The notes beneath the pieces were generated by a model. It was not told the DNA's origin. It was given only the letters and a program-made list of their open reading frames with translations, and ran no database searches. A program made the position numbers and the translations under genes. From Candidatus Poseidoniaceae archaeon (GTDB lineage Archaea; Thermoplasmatota; Poseidoniia; Poseidoniales; Poseidoniaceae): a stretch of DNA of 64,000 bases. Positions 36,992 through 46,594 of this stretch are shown in pieces. The stretch is from the NCBI GenBank assembly GCA_943788295.1, contig CALSPS010000006.1, positions 26,192 to 90,191 of the forward strand, given 5' to 3'. Positions within the stretch are counted from its first letter, which is position 1, and every line of letters begins with the position of its first letter.

Positions 36992-39268
36992 TCAACGGAC
37001 TTGTGAGCCCGTTGAAATGTCGCCGTCGATCGTGATAAGACGAACGTTGTCGTTCCCATCATCCGCCGCTAACATCATCCCTTCCGAGACGACACCGCGG
37101 AGTGGACGTGGTTTTAGGTTCGCAACAAACACAACCGATTTGCCTTGCATTTCTTCTGGGGAATAATACGCTTTAAGGCCTGCACAAATGGTTCTGCCAC
37201 CTTCTGTCCCGTCATCGATGGTGACCACATACAATCGGTCAGCGTTTGGATGATCTTCGACGTTGGTGATTTTACCGACTCTAAGATCGACTTCCATGAA
37301 TGTTTCAAAATTCAAATATGTTGTTCCTTCTGGTGCTTCTGGCATTTTTTGTTCCTCCTTGGTCTTGTTCTTTCCTTTCTTCCCACCTTTAATGGCGTGG
37401 GTAGCAGAAGTTGACGGTGAATCTTCTTCGACTAAGGCCTGTTCTGATTCGAGAATTTCGTCAAGGTCCAATCGCTTGAACAAAGGAACGGGTTCATCCG
37501 AGTTCCATGTCATTGGCGCCCCCCAATCTAGAGCTGCATTCCAATGTGCATTCGAAACCTCTCCGTCTTGACCGAGTGCTTCCCAGAGCCTTTGGGCGCT
37601 GAAGGGCATGAAAGGTTGAGTGGTGATGGCTAAGAAGCGAGCGATGCGCCAACCAAATGCGAGGTCTGCCAAGGACCGTGATCGTTCATCAGACGGCGTG
37701 TCATCCTTGAGGAACTTCCAAGGCGTTGCTGCCTGAAGCACCTGATTCCCATATTGGGCTGCATTCATGACAAAACGCAGGGCTTCTTTGTAACGGTGCT
37801 TTTCCAGTGAAGCAGTGATGGAAGCATGTAAACTTTCTAATTTCTCTTGGTGAGGTGCAGTGAATTCCTTGGCTTCACAAGGTGCGAGTGGACCGTTCGT
37901 GCTTGTTGGTAGGCGATGGCCGAGTGTGAGGACACGATGGACAAAATTACCGTAGGCAGCGATTAATTCGGTGTTTATTTTTTCCACAAAATCAGGCCAG
38001 TTGAAATCGGTATCATGATTTTCTGGCATGTTGATGCTGAGGTAGTACCTCAACGTATCCGGGTCAAAACGTTCTAAGAATGATGGCAACCATACCGCGT
38101 GTTTTCGAGATTTTGAAAATTGCCCACCTGCCAACATAAGGTACTCCATTGCGGGAACATTGGTTTCTAAGGCCATTTCACCGGGCCCAGGCAGTTGAAT
38201 GGGGTCATCTATCGTTAGCCCTTTCTCGGCTTGGTTAAGGCCGAGGATGAGGGCTGGCCAAATGACAGTGTGAAACGGAATGTTGTCCTTGCCGAGAAAA
38301 TACAAATGGCGTGGTTTTGTTCCATCCTCTGCCACATGCCACCATTGCTTCCATGCATCTTTCCCATCGGGGTGGGATGCACTGGCTGCTACAGATTCGG
38401 CCCAGATGCGCGCACAGGTGGAATAGCCTTGTACGGCTTCGAACCAAACATAGACGCATTTTCCATCCCATTGGTCTTCGTTTAGTGGAAGAGGGATGCC
38501 CCAAGACAGATCTCGTGTGACGGCTCTCGGTCGCAAACCCATGTCAAGCCACTGTTTGGTCATGGCTTTGACATTGGATTTCCATACTTTTTGCTGCCCA
38601 CTTGCATGATGTTCAAGAGCAGTTTGAAACGCATCTAAACGGTAGAAAAGATGCTCTGTGTCCCGAACCTCAATCTTTGCTTCTGGATTCATTTTTGAAA
38701 CGGGTCGCAGCAATTCTTCTGCCTCATACGTAGCACCACAAGCATCACATTGGTCTCCACGTGCGCCATCGGCACCACAAGAGGGGCATACTCCTTCGAC
38801 ATAGCGATCTGGAAGAAAGCGCCCACTGCCGTCTTCGTTTGTTTCATAATATTGCTTCATCGTTTTCTGTTCGAAAAAACCTGCATCAAGCAAGGATGTG
38901 AAATTTTCTTGAACCATAGCTTTGTGACGCTCGTCGGTCGTTCTGTTGAATAGGGCACCACCGTATTCAATTCCGCGTGGATCGATTTGTGGCTCCCATG
39001 AACAACCCAAATTAAGCAACGCTTGAGTGTTTAATGCGTGGTACTGATCCACAACATCTTGAGGTGTAACTCCTTTCTGTTCTGCGGACACAGTGATTGG
39101 TGTACCGTGTTCATCAGAGCCCGACACCATGAGCACTCTATTGCCCAATGACCGCTCAAATCGGGCCTGAATGTCTGGAGGGAGGTAGCATCCTGCGACA
39201 TGGCCGAGGTGAAGTGGTCCGTTGGCGTATGGCCAAGCGACACAAATCAACACATAGTCGTCAGTCAT
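36992..39268 (-). CDS. metG: Methionyl-tRNA synthetase with C-terminal tRNA-binding OB domain
   Basis: AWPYANGPLHLGH, GSDEHGTPI, YVWFEA, GKDNIPFH, QFSKSR, VDLRVG...HPNADRL. Confidence 0.97.
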   Translation of the reverse strand: MTDDYVLICVAWPYANGPLHLGHVAGCYLPPDIQARFERSLGNRVLMVSGSDEHGTPITVSAEQKGVTPQDVVDQYHALNTQALLNLGCSWEPQIDPRGIEYGGALFNRTTDERHKAMVQENFTSLLDAGFFEQKTMKQYYETNEDGSGRFLPDRYVEGVCPSCGADGARGDQCDACGATYEAEELLRPVSKMNPEAKIEVRDTEHLFYRLDAFQTALEHHASGQQKVWKSNVKAMTKQWLDMGLRPRAVTRDLSWGIPLPLNEDQWDGKCVYVWFEAVQGYSTCARIWAESVAASASHPDGKDAWKQWWHVAEDGTKPRHLYFLGKDNIPFHTVIWPALILGLNQAEKGLTIDDPIQLPGPGEMALETNVPAMEYLMLAGGQFSKSRKHAVWLPSFLERFDPDTLRYYLSINMPENHDTDFNWPDFVEKINTELIAAYGNFVHRVLTLGHRLPTSTNGPLAPCEAKEFTAPHQEKLESLHASITASLEKHRYKEALRFVMNAAQYGNQVLQAATPWKFLKDDTPSDERSRSLADLAFGWRIARFLAITTQPFMPFSAQRLWEALGQDGEVSNAHWNAALDWGAPMTWNSDEPVPLFKRLDLDEILESEQALVEEDSPSTSATHAIKGGKKGKNKTKEEQKMPEAPEGTTYLNFETFMEVDLRVGKITNVEDHPNADRLYVVTIDDGTEGGRTICAGLKAYYSPEEMQGKSVVFVANLKPRPLRGVVSEGMMLAADDGNDNVRLITIDGDISTGSQVR

Positions 39269-39452
39269 ACTGCTTGTTGGGGTGCATGACCACGACTTAA
39301 ACTCATCATTCGCTCGATATCCAAAAATGACCAATGGGGACGCTCCTGCCCTCACCGACCGAATTCTTCGTGTGAGAACATAGCGTCATTTTGAAGAACC
39401 CACCGGTCTTGGAAGAGAATACACCCGAACGGTCAGGGGCTCTCGAAAGTAC

Positions 39453-40541
39453 ATGGATTACTCAGCAATGGCAGCGGTCGTAACCGCATCTAACGGCACC
39501 GGTGATGGCGACATCACCCTCCTTCTCTTCTATGTATCACTCGCTCTGGGTGTCTCATTTCTATGCTCTATATTGGAGGCAGTTGTCCTTTCAATCCCAC
39601 ACACACAAATTGCAATGTGGGAAAAAAATGGACGAGCAGAAGGCTCTGTTTGGTCTTCTCTAAAATCAGATGATGCTGTAAAACCACTCACTGCAATTCT
39701 CACGCTCAACACCATTGCTCACACGATGGGTGCAGCAGGTGTTGGTTCTGAAGTGGCCAAAATTTGGGGGAGTGAAGTCCTCACCGGCGCCTCAATTATC
39801 CTCACATTGCTTGTTCTCTTCCTTTCGGAGATTATACCCAAGACCTTGGGGACAGCTTACTGGAGGCAACTTGCAAGGCCAACAGGTTGGATTTTGAAGA
39901 ACCTCACCTTCGTTCTTAGTTTCCTTATCGTACCGATTCAAATGCTTAAATCAATTTTACCAAAGGGCGATTACACGCTCGTCACACGTGACGATGTGGC
40001 AGCGCTTGCTGATCTTGGGGAGGAAGAAGGTATCATCGAAAAAGATGAAGAAACAGTCATCCACAATTTGTTAAAATTGCGAGAAATGCAAGTGGGTGAA
40101 ATTATGACGCCCCGTGTTGTAATGACTGCGTTTGAAACAACCCAGACCATCAAATCAGTCCTCGATGAACACAAAATCATTCGTGTATCAAGAATACCTG
40201 TGTTCGATGAATCCGTCGATGACATCTCTGGGATCGTGATCCGATCAGAACTGCTCATGGCAGCAAGCCGAGATGAGTGGGATGTTACCATGGCTGAACT
40301 CAGAAAGGATGTGATGTTCCTTGATGCAAAATCCTCAGTCGATCATGCACTTGAGATGTTTCTGACCGAGCGACAACAGTTCGCAGTTGTCCGCGATGAA
40401 TTCGGTGGTACAGCGGGTCTTGTCACCATGGAAGATGTCTTAGAAACCCTCCTGGGTGAAGAAATCGTGGATGAATTGGATGAAGTCGACGATATGCGGG
40501 AATTAGCTCGTGAGCAAGCCGACTCACAAGAGCAAGAGTGA
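39453..40541 (+). CDS. CNNM/CorC (DUF21 plus CBS) membrane protein
   Basis: SFLCSILEAV, ILTLNTIAHT, SEIIPKT, IMTPR, SRIPV, DEFGGTAGLVTMEDVLE. Confidence 0.92.
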   Translation: MDYSAMAAVVTASNGTGDGDITLLLFYVSLALGVSFLCSILEAVVLSIPHTQIAMWEKNGRAEGSVWSSLKSDDAVKPLTAILTLNTIAHTMGAAGVGSEVAKIWGSEVLTGASIILTLLVLFLSEIIPKTLGTAYWRQLARPTGWILKNLTFVLSFLIVPIQMLKSILPKGDYTLVTRDDVAALADLGEEEGIIEKDEETVIHNLLKLREMQVGEIMTPRVVMTAFETTQTIKSVLDEHKIIRVSRIPVFDESVDDISGIVIRSELLMAASRDEWDVTMAELRKDVMFLDAKSSVDHALEMFLTERQQFAVVRDEFGGTAGLVTMEDVLETLLGEEIVDELDEVDDMRELAREQADSQEQE

Positions 40542-41525
40542 TTATTCCCTCTTGCTCAACCATTCAGCGATCAGTTGATTTCTCTCAGGATGGATCTTAG
40601 CACCTGTATGAGTGAGTCCCTTCACGCGATGTGCGGTCAGCAGTTCTGATTCCCCACGCTGTTTGTAGGTCGACAGCAATCGATTGTAATGCTCCATGCC
40701 TAACCGCTGATCTGGCTCTGCTTGGATGCAAAGAACCGGGATGGAAGGTCCACCCCACAAAGGTAAGTCAAATTCATCCATTGATTGGAAATTCCCCCTG
40801 GGCGTAATGGAGGCATTAAACCTCTGAATGAGTCGTCGCCGATAGGTGCTTTTGAGTGAGGGTGGTACGCGCAAAGCAGTGGATATTTCTTCGAGGATGG
40901 GGCTGTACATTGTCATTGGTGACTCCAAAATAAGTCCGCTAAATGATTGGCCCCCGATGCATAGGTCTGGTTGGTTGAGCAGTCTTAAACCCACAAAACC
41001 ACCCATGCTATGCCCGTAATACATCGATGACTGAATCTTATCTGCTTCCACAAGTTGCTCGATGTTCCGACACACACACTCGACTGCTTGCATGGATTTG
41101 TATGCCGACCAAACCGGCGTGGTTTCCGAAGAGCCGTGACTCGGCAATTCAATCATCAGCACATGCCAACCACGCTCAGCAAACCATCGTCCACGATCGC
41201 TCACAGACGATGAGGAGGCTCTCCATCCATGAACTAAAACAAGCAAAGGGGCAGGTGTTTCCTTCCAATGTGAGATGGTATGAACCACACGAGACTCAAA
41301 CGTAAATTTGTGCTGTTGCCAACCCTCTGCTTCGAAGGATGGTTTAGGGCGCCCCGGTGTCAAGAAACTCAGCGAAACCAATGATTCAAGAACAGCATTG
41401 TACAATGAAAAGATTCCTAGCGGAATGATGAAAATGTACGGGAGATTGACAGCGTAGCCACCAAAGAAGGTGGTTATCAACAGCAGAAGCCATAGCAATG
41501 GCTTCGCAAATAGATGTGGCGCCAT
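40542..41525 (-). CDS. Membrane-anchored alpha/beta hydrolase
   Basis: N-terminal TMs, VHGW, LPSHGSS, GHSMGG nucleophile, D..L and C-terminal H. Confidence 0.88.
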   Translation of the reverse strand: MAPHLFAKPLLWLLLLITTFFGGYAVNLPYIFIIPLGIFSLYNAVLESLVSLSFLTPGRPKPSFEAEGWQQHKFTFESRVVHTISHWKETPAPLLVLVHGWRASSSSVSDRGRWFAERGWHVLMIELPSHGSSETTPVWSAYKSMQAVECVCRNIEQLVEADKIQSSMYYGHSMGGFVGLRLLNQPDLCIGGQSFSGLILESPMTMYSPILEEISTALRVPPSLKSTYRRRLIQRFNASITPRGNFQSMDEFDLPLWGGPSIPVLCIQAEPDQRLGMEHYNRLLSTYKQRGESELLTAHRVKGLTHTGAKIHPERNQLIAEWLSKRE

Positions 41526-41545
41526 GTGAATCAATGATCAACGGT

Positions 41546-42466
41546 TCACTTAGGTGAGTCTTCTTTCGAAGCGTCCTTTTTCTTATCGTTTTTCGATTTC
41601 GTGTCGTCTTTGCTAACGTCATCAGATGCAGCACTTTCAGCAAGGGTTGCCTCCTTTTTCACAGCACGTTTCTTAGCAGCATTTTCTTGGCGCTTTTGGA
41701 AGGAGTCACCAAAGTTCGCCATGCTTTCAAGCCGGAGGGCGATCCCAGTGAGTTCTTCACCTTCTGCACGGACATATTTGACGAGGTAAGCGCCGAACAA
41801 CATGTCGTATAGACCTTGGTTTTGGTCGCTGTTTTTCTTAAATCGACCATCAATAATGCGAACTGAAAACAGAATGATACCAAGCACAAGGAGTCCAATA
41901 GCAACCGGGTTGGCTTTGCCAGCAGTGTCGAAGAGATTGCCCATGTTGATAATCACCAATGAAAGTCCCACAAGAGCCATCAGTCCAACTGAATTGACAA
42001 GGAACCCATGCAAGGGGTTAGGCTTAGAGTCAGCTGAGGTGATGTACCTTGTTCTTGACATAAAATTGCCAAGGGTTCGCCCAGTCATGATCGGAATGAC
42101 AAAGACGTTTGTGATGATCATTAAGAGAGCTAGAACAGCGGGGATGGTGGGTGTCGAGCCCATGACTGAAAGGAAAATGGCGGCAAAGAGAACGCCAAAA
42201 TTCCAAATGAAATTCATCAACCAGGCCAAAAACCGGGAGTTTTGCGTAGCAATTTCATACCCTTCCGGGAGTCCGGCAGTGCTTAATTTGGGCTTTTTTG
42301 CACGAGGTGCTTTTGCTGCCTTTGCAGCCTTGACTGGTTTTGCTACAGCAGCTACTGTTTGTGGAATGGGTTTCGCCACTGCCTTTTTGGCTACGGCCTT
42401 GGGGGGCACTTCCTTTGTTTCGCTGCCTGCTGTGTTTGCCTTGTCTAGTAGTCCCATCGTGGTCAC
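41546..42466 (-). CDS. RDD-like membrane protein with Lys/Ala-rich termini
   Basis: SRFLAWL.N, GRTLG, QGLYD.LFG.Y.V; four TMs. Confidence 0.7.
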   Translation of the reverse strand: MTTMGLLDKANTAGSETKEVPPKAVAKKAVAKPIPQTVAAVAKPVKAAKAAKAPRAKKPKLSTAGLPEGYEIATQNSRFLAWLMNFIWNFGVLFAAIFLSVMGSTPTIPAVLALLMIITNVFVIPIMTGRTLGNFMSRTRYITSADSKPNPLHGFLVNSVGLMALVGLSLVIINMGNLFDTAGKANPVAIGLLVLGIILFSVRIIDGRFKKNSDQNQGLYDMLFGAYLVKYVRAEGEELTGIALRLESMANFGDSFQKRQENAAKKRAVKKEATLAESAASDDVSKDDTKSKNDKKKDASKEDSPK

Positions 42467-43464
42467 TCACCGTTGTATTGTGCGCCAATAGCGCTGTAAA
42501 TTTGGAAATTCTCTGAGGCAACAAAGGCATTGATGTCTGACTCGGCCATGTTCCCGAGTTGACCGTCAACTATGGTGAAGAAAGCAGCCCTCATTTCGTC
42601 ACTTGCATTGTGAGGGTCGCTTCCGACGGCCTCGTAGACTGCGAAATCTTCACTGCCCACAAACGCGGTGACAACCTCTTCTGGCAAATTTGAGCCAAGA
42701 AGGTCGTCAACAATTCCGACAAAGGTGACAAACATGTCATCACTTTGCTCTGTTTCGGTAGAAATTGGTTGTGCTGTAGTCACTTCATCAGACGCGCCAG
42801 CAATCATTGATTGGAGGGACTTTCGTTCAGCCATCAACGTTTCAAGAACTGGCCGCAGTTCTGCAAGAACCTGAGCGTCTCCTGCAACCTTTGCTGCTTG
42901 GTATTCGGGCTTCAAGGAGCGCAGTTCATCCTCAATCATGCTTAATTGAGTTTGGAGTTCATTCCCAACGGTCTCTGATTCAAGAAGTTCGACAACAGGG
43001 GCGTCTCGAACTTCAGAAACTTTTTCTTCGTGTTCTTGCTTGCGCAAAACGATGATGTCTCTGTCAAGTGCATGGCCAAAGCGGTCGGCATAGCGATCCA
43101 GGAGCGACCCGGCATCTGCGGATGAAATCCGGTCAATGTGGCCGTAAATCTGCGGGAGTGGTTTCTCTGAACGCTTGGCCCATAGGTCGCCGTATTTGTC
43201 AGAGCCGGGTGCATCGGAAGATGCAGGGGGGCGATCGTTGTTCCAAACTGATGCCTCCGCAGGTGTAGGGAGTGGCGCATCAGGAAGTGGAAGCGCTGGT
43301 GCTGCAGCCGGTGCGGGTGGCAATGGTAGTGGAGGGTTGCCAGCAGCGGCTCCTGGAGGTGCCGGCATAGGCGGCATACCGGGCAATGGCGGCAATGGAA
43401 GTCCTGGTGTTGGTTCGGCTGGAGCCTTGTTTTTCTTACCTTTCCTCAGACCCACACGGTTCAC
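42463..43464 (-). CDS. Hypothetical protein (Pro-rich N-terminus, coiled coil, duplicated C-terminal motif)
   Basis: PPLP repeats; two copies of F..IVD..LG..PE..I.AFV.SE.F..Y..(V/I)G. Confidence 0.75.
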   Translation of the reverse strand: MNRVGLRKGKKNKAPAEPTPGLPLPPLPGMPPMPAPPGAAAGNPPLPLPPAPAAAPALPLPDAPLPTPAEASVWNNDRPPASSDAPGSDKYGDLWAKRSEKPLPQIYGHIDRISSADAGSLLDRYADRFGHALDRDIIVLRKQEHEEKVSEVRDAPVVELLESETVGNELQTQLSMIEDELRSLKPEYQAAKVAGDAQVLAELRPVLETLMAERKSLQSMIAGASDEVTTAQPISTETEQSDDMFVTFVGIVDDLLGSNLPEEVVTAFVGSEDFAVYEAVGSDPHNASDEMRAAFFTIVDGQLGNMAESDINAFVASENFQIYSAIGAQYNGE

Positions 43465-43551
43465 CCCTAAACCTGTGGATGGTAGCGCGGTCTTGAACCT
43501 TACCTCAAAAAGTGGTGACGAAAAGCCGAGTTTTCAAAGGAATTATATTCG

Positions 43552-44754
43552 CTATGCAATGACTTTTGCCCATCCTTTGAGAACCAAAAACGTAGCACCT
43601 GCTTCGTGAATTTCAAATTGGTCACCACTGGCCTTATCATACACGTTGTCGCCGAATTGGGCAATTGAATCATCGACCGTCATTTCCACTGTTAGCATGT
43701 CTTGAGTGCTTAATGCGAGTGCTTCATGAAGGGGTGAATATGGATTCGAACCGTCAGGATCAAGCCTCGATAGAGGGAATTCACTCACCCTCATGCCCGA
43801 CTTGCCATGAAGCGATGTAGGCCATCGAATTTGCCGACGAACGTCGATGGTAACAACTTCATCGGTTTCACCCGCCGAACCCAGAACCACTGAAGTATCC
43901 GTTTTGAGCAAATCCAGAAAAAGGGCCTGATGTTTATCGAGGACTCCAAAATTCCCATCCCTCAATCGAGAGGCACGGTCTGGATGATTGACAATGGATG
44001 CGAGTTGTTCGATGGATGTCGGTCCTTTAGTTGATTTTCGACCTTCGCGTTGAGACTGTGACTTCAATCCTTCATGGAGTGTTTTAATCACTTTTTTGTG
44101 ACCCTCATTTTTTTCAGCAATGCCCTGCAATTTAGCAATCATGCCACCCATTCCATCGCGAATTCTACGCGTCCAACCCTCGCTCGAAAGGTCGTGATAT
44201 CGCGCGAGTCCCCCTTTGACATCCACGCCTTCGCCTCTGATGTATGACACCATTTCCCTTCGAGCTTCTGAATCGAGATGGAAGAGCGATGGATCTCGAT
44301 AGTGGAGGTGGAACCCTCTGTGGCCCGAAAAGGTCACTTGCAAGTATTTTTCTTGAAATCCAAATTCTGGTTCAAGAAAGTCATTCCACAACGACCATGC
44401 TTGTTCGTGGATGACTTCGAGCATTCCCGGGAAATCTTTGTCGGTCACACCCGGTAAGTGATCACCGTCTAAATCAAAAATTAAATCAGCACCCAGCCAA
44501 TTTTTATCGGCCATTTTCATCTCAAAAGGGCGCTCCCAATATGCGGTTGAGTAGAAGCAAGAGTGCATTGCTCGGTCTGTAAGGAATTGACGGACCCCTT
44601 GCATATCACTGAATCCCTTGTGGCGGATTGGAGGCGCCCCCCCGAATGGAATGAACATCCATTCTCTGGTTTTCATGCGCGGAGGTGTCCAAAATTCTGA
44701 ACTGCGATAGTATGCACCAAAACGATGTGCAAACCTAGCCCAACCTGTTGCCAA
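43552..44754 (-). CDS. priS: DNA primase small (catalytic) subunit
   Basis: REW.F, YSTAYW..P, WLGADLIFDLDGDHL, FSGHRGFH, DEVVT.D.RRQIR.PTSLHGKSG. Confidence 0.96.
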   Translation of the reverse strand: MATGWARFAHRFGAYYRSSEFWTPPRMKTREWMFIPFGGAPPIRHKGFSDMQGVRQFLTDRAMHSCFYSTAYWERPFEMKMADKNWLGADLIFDLDGDHLPGVTDKDFPGMLEVIHEQAWSLWNDFLEPEFGFQEKYLQVTFSGHRGFHLHYRDPSLFHLDSEARREMVSYIRGEGVDVKGGLARYHDLSSEGWTRRIRDGMGGMIAKLQGIAEKNEGHKKVIKTLHEGLKSQSQREGRKSTKGPTSIEQLASIVNHPDRASRLRDGNFGVLDKHQALFLDLLKTDTSVVLGSAGETDEVVTIDVRRQIRWPTSLHGKSGMRVSEFPLSRLDPDGSNPYSPLHEALALSTQDMLTVEMTVDDSIAQFGDNVYDKASGDQFEIHEAGATFLVLKGWAKVIA

Positions 44755-44807
44755 TAAAGTCCCTCCAATCCACTGAAAGAACGAGGGTTCTTGAACACTG
44801 AGGGCGC

Positions 44808-45017
44808 TTATTCGTTGGTCATCCAGAAACGTTCTTCCGCTTCTCCGACTGATGTTGCGGTGTCTGCACCGGTTGATTCAACGTAGTGTTCCCAGCACAT
44901 GTAGAACTTGCCAACAACCATAGCGTTGCCAAAAGTAAGGCGGACGCCGCATGATTCACAGCGAGGGCCAATTTCACCATTTGGTGCTTGAGCGAGGGTG
45001 ATGTGTTCGTGTGGCAT
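44808..45017 (-). CDS. Small Zn-finger protein (CxxC...CxxH)
   Basis: MPHEHITLAQAPNGEIGPRCESCGVRLTFGNAMVVGKFYMCWEHY... Confidence 0.75.
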   Translation of the reverse strand: MPHEHITLAQAPNGEIGPRCESCGVRLTFGNAMVVGKFYMCWEHYVESTGADTATSVGEAEERFWMTNE

Positions 45018-45044
45018 TGCTGTCCCCTTGTTTGTGCTGTGGAC

Positions 45045-45066
45045 GCTCAAGTCTTTGAACTTGAGC
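45045..45066. promoter_or_regulatory. Perfect 8-6-8 inverted repeat (operator or hairpin)
   Basis: GCTCAAGT-CTTTGA-ACTTGAGC between the DOHH-like stop and the Zn-finger start. Confidence 0.5.
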
Positions 45067-45076
45067 CTCGTTGAAC

Positions 45077-45559
45077 CTACCAACTGGTTTCTTCCCACTG
45101 TGGTGATTTGCACCATTGAAGTAAATCAAGGGCGACTTCGCAAGATTCTGCAACTTCTGGATTCGCGTCGCCGAGGTGAGCTTCAAGCACATGCATCACG
45201 CTTGGGTCGCCAATGGCCCCCATTGCTTCGGCAGCTTCGTGTCGAACCATGATATGCTCCTGATCGTCGCTGAGCCTTTCGATGAGGGTTGGTAAGGCCG
45301 TAGGATTTTGCATTTGGCCAAGCACATACGCCAATTCATGACGCAACAATGCACTGCTTGATATGAACGCTCCACACAATGCTAAGCATGCTTCGTCTGA
45401 CCCGTCGTTGCGAAGAGAGAACACTGTTCGCATTCTTTGGAACATTGGTGCCGTTTCATCCATCAGGAGAGCCGACCACTCATCGAGTGTTCCTGTGTTC
45501 TGCGGGGGGGCAGGGTCAACCGAACCATATTGGCTCACTCCCGGCGCCCTTTCAGCCAT
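45077..45559 (-). CDS. Half-length deoxyhypusine hydroxylase-like HEAT-repeat protein
   Basis: SVDPAPP, F.R.R.VFSLRN, SALLRHELAYVLGQMQ, MVRHEAAEAMGAIG, V.ESCEVALD. Confidence 0.85.
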   Translation of the reverse strand: MAERAPGVSQYGSVDPAPPQNTGTLDEWSALLMDETAPMFQRMRTVFSLRNDGSDEACLALCGAFISSSALLRHELAYVLGQMQNPTALPTLIERLSDDQEHIMVRHEAAEAMGAIGDPSVMHVLEAHLGDANPEVAESCEVALDLLQWCKSPQWEETSW

Positions 45560-45571
45560 AAAAATCACCAC

Positions 45572-46459
45572 TCAGGACTCATTTGAGCCAATAAATTGCA
45601 TCTCTGCAGGATTAAAGGTTTGATCAATCAGACCGAGTTCTTGTCCTTCGGTGATGAATTGGCGGATAGAAGCACGACCTTCTTGTTTGTAATCGATTGT
45701 ACGGTCATTGACGTACATGCTCACGAATTCCTTATTCGTTTCATCGTCAATTCCTCTGCCCCATTTCTTGGCGAATTCAAGTGCTTCAGCAGGTGACTTC
45801 AGAGCATACTCGATGCTCATTTTAGTGTACATGGTGATGTCTTCCATTGCTTTTGAGCCAAGATCACGCCGGACGACATTTCCTCCGAGCGGCATTGGCC
45901 AGCCACCCGTTCGCTCGTTCCACCAAACGCCAAGGTCGATGTGAACGTGGAGGTCGTGTTCAACATAGGTCAGTTGACCTTCGTGAATAATGAGGCCACT
46001 CAAGTAGGTTCCGTCGAGGACTCTTGGAATGATTTCGTCAAAAGGAACAACCGCAACTTCACAATCCCCCCAAGCCAAGCGCAATCCCATGTAGGCACTG
46101 GTCTTCAGGCCCGGAACGGCAATGACATTGCTTCGAACATCTGACTCACTTGCACCTTGCATTGAAACAACCATTGGGCCGTAGCCCTCACCCATCGATG
46201 CACCACAATTCATCAAAGCATAGTTCTCGGAAATTTCGGGGAAAGCGTGGATGGAAACTGCTGAAACTTCGAGATCGCAATTCATTGCACGGTGATTGAG
46301 GGTTTCGATGTCTTGCAATTCGTGGACAAAATTGTAACCTGGTGTTGGAAAGGCCCCGGTTGTCATGGCGTGGAACATAAACGCATCATCTGGGTCGGGG
46401 GAGTGACCAATTCGAACAATTTTGTTGCCGTTTTCATCGAGGGGTAACTGAGCCACCAT
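45572..46459 (-). CDS. mqnD: 1,4-dihydroxy-6-naphthoate synthase (futalosine pathway)
   Basis: GHSPDPDDAFMF, DIETLN, GASMGEGYGP, PGLKTSA, LIIHEGQLTY, DLG.WW, PLGG, MYVN. Confidence 0.93.
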   Translation of the reverse strand: MVAQLPLDENGNKIVRIGHSPDPDDAFMFHAMTTGAFPTPGYNFVHELQDIETLNHRAMNCDLEVSAVSIHAFPEISENYALMNCGASMGEGYGPMVVSMQGASESDVRSNVIAVPGLKTSAYMGLRLAWGDCEVAVVPFDEIIPRVLDGTYLSGLIIHEGQLTYVEHDLHVHIDLGVWWNERTGGWPMPLGGNVVRRDLGSKAMEDITMYTKMSIEYALKSPAEALEFAKKWGRGIDDETNKEFVSMYVNDRTIDYKQEGRASIRQFITEGQELGLIDQTFNPAEMQFIGSNES

Positions 46460-46594
46460 GGAGGTTCGACAGGCGCGTCCTTGATGAACCAACCGCTATT
46501 TTTTCCTGAGTTGTACAATTCCGACATCTGTGATGCATTCACCGATTTGTTTTCAGTGTTGATTGATTCATCAAAGCCTAAGGGGAGTCATTGT

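Noticed and set aside
39300..39452. Metal-sensing riboswitch upstream of the CNNM gene
   Set aside because: Only short possible pairings (GACCG/CGGTC); no recognisable yybP-ykoY or M-box consensus.
41802..42491. 229-aa plus-strand ORF and many other short overlapping ORFs in the track
   Set aside because: Antisense or alternate-frame to well-supported genes, with no recognisable motifs.
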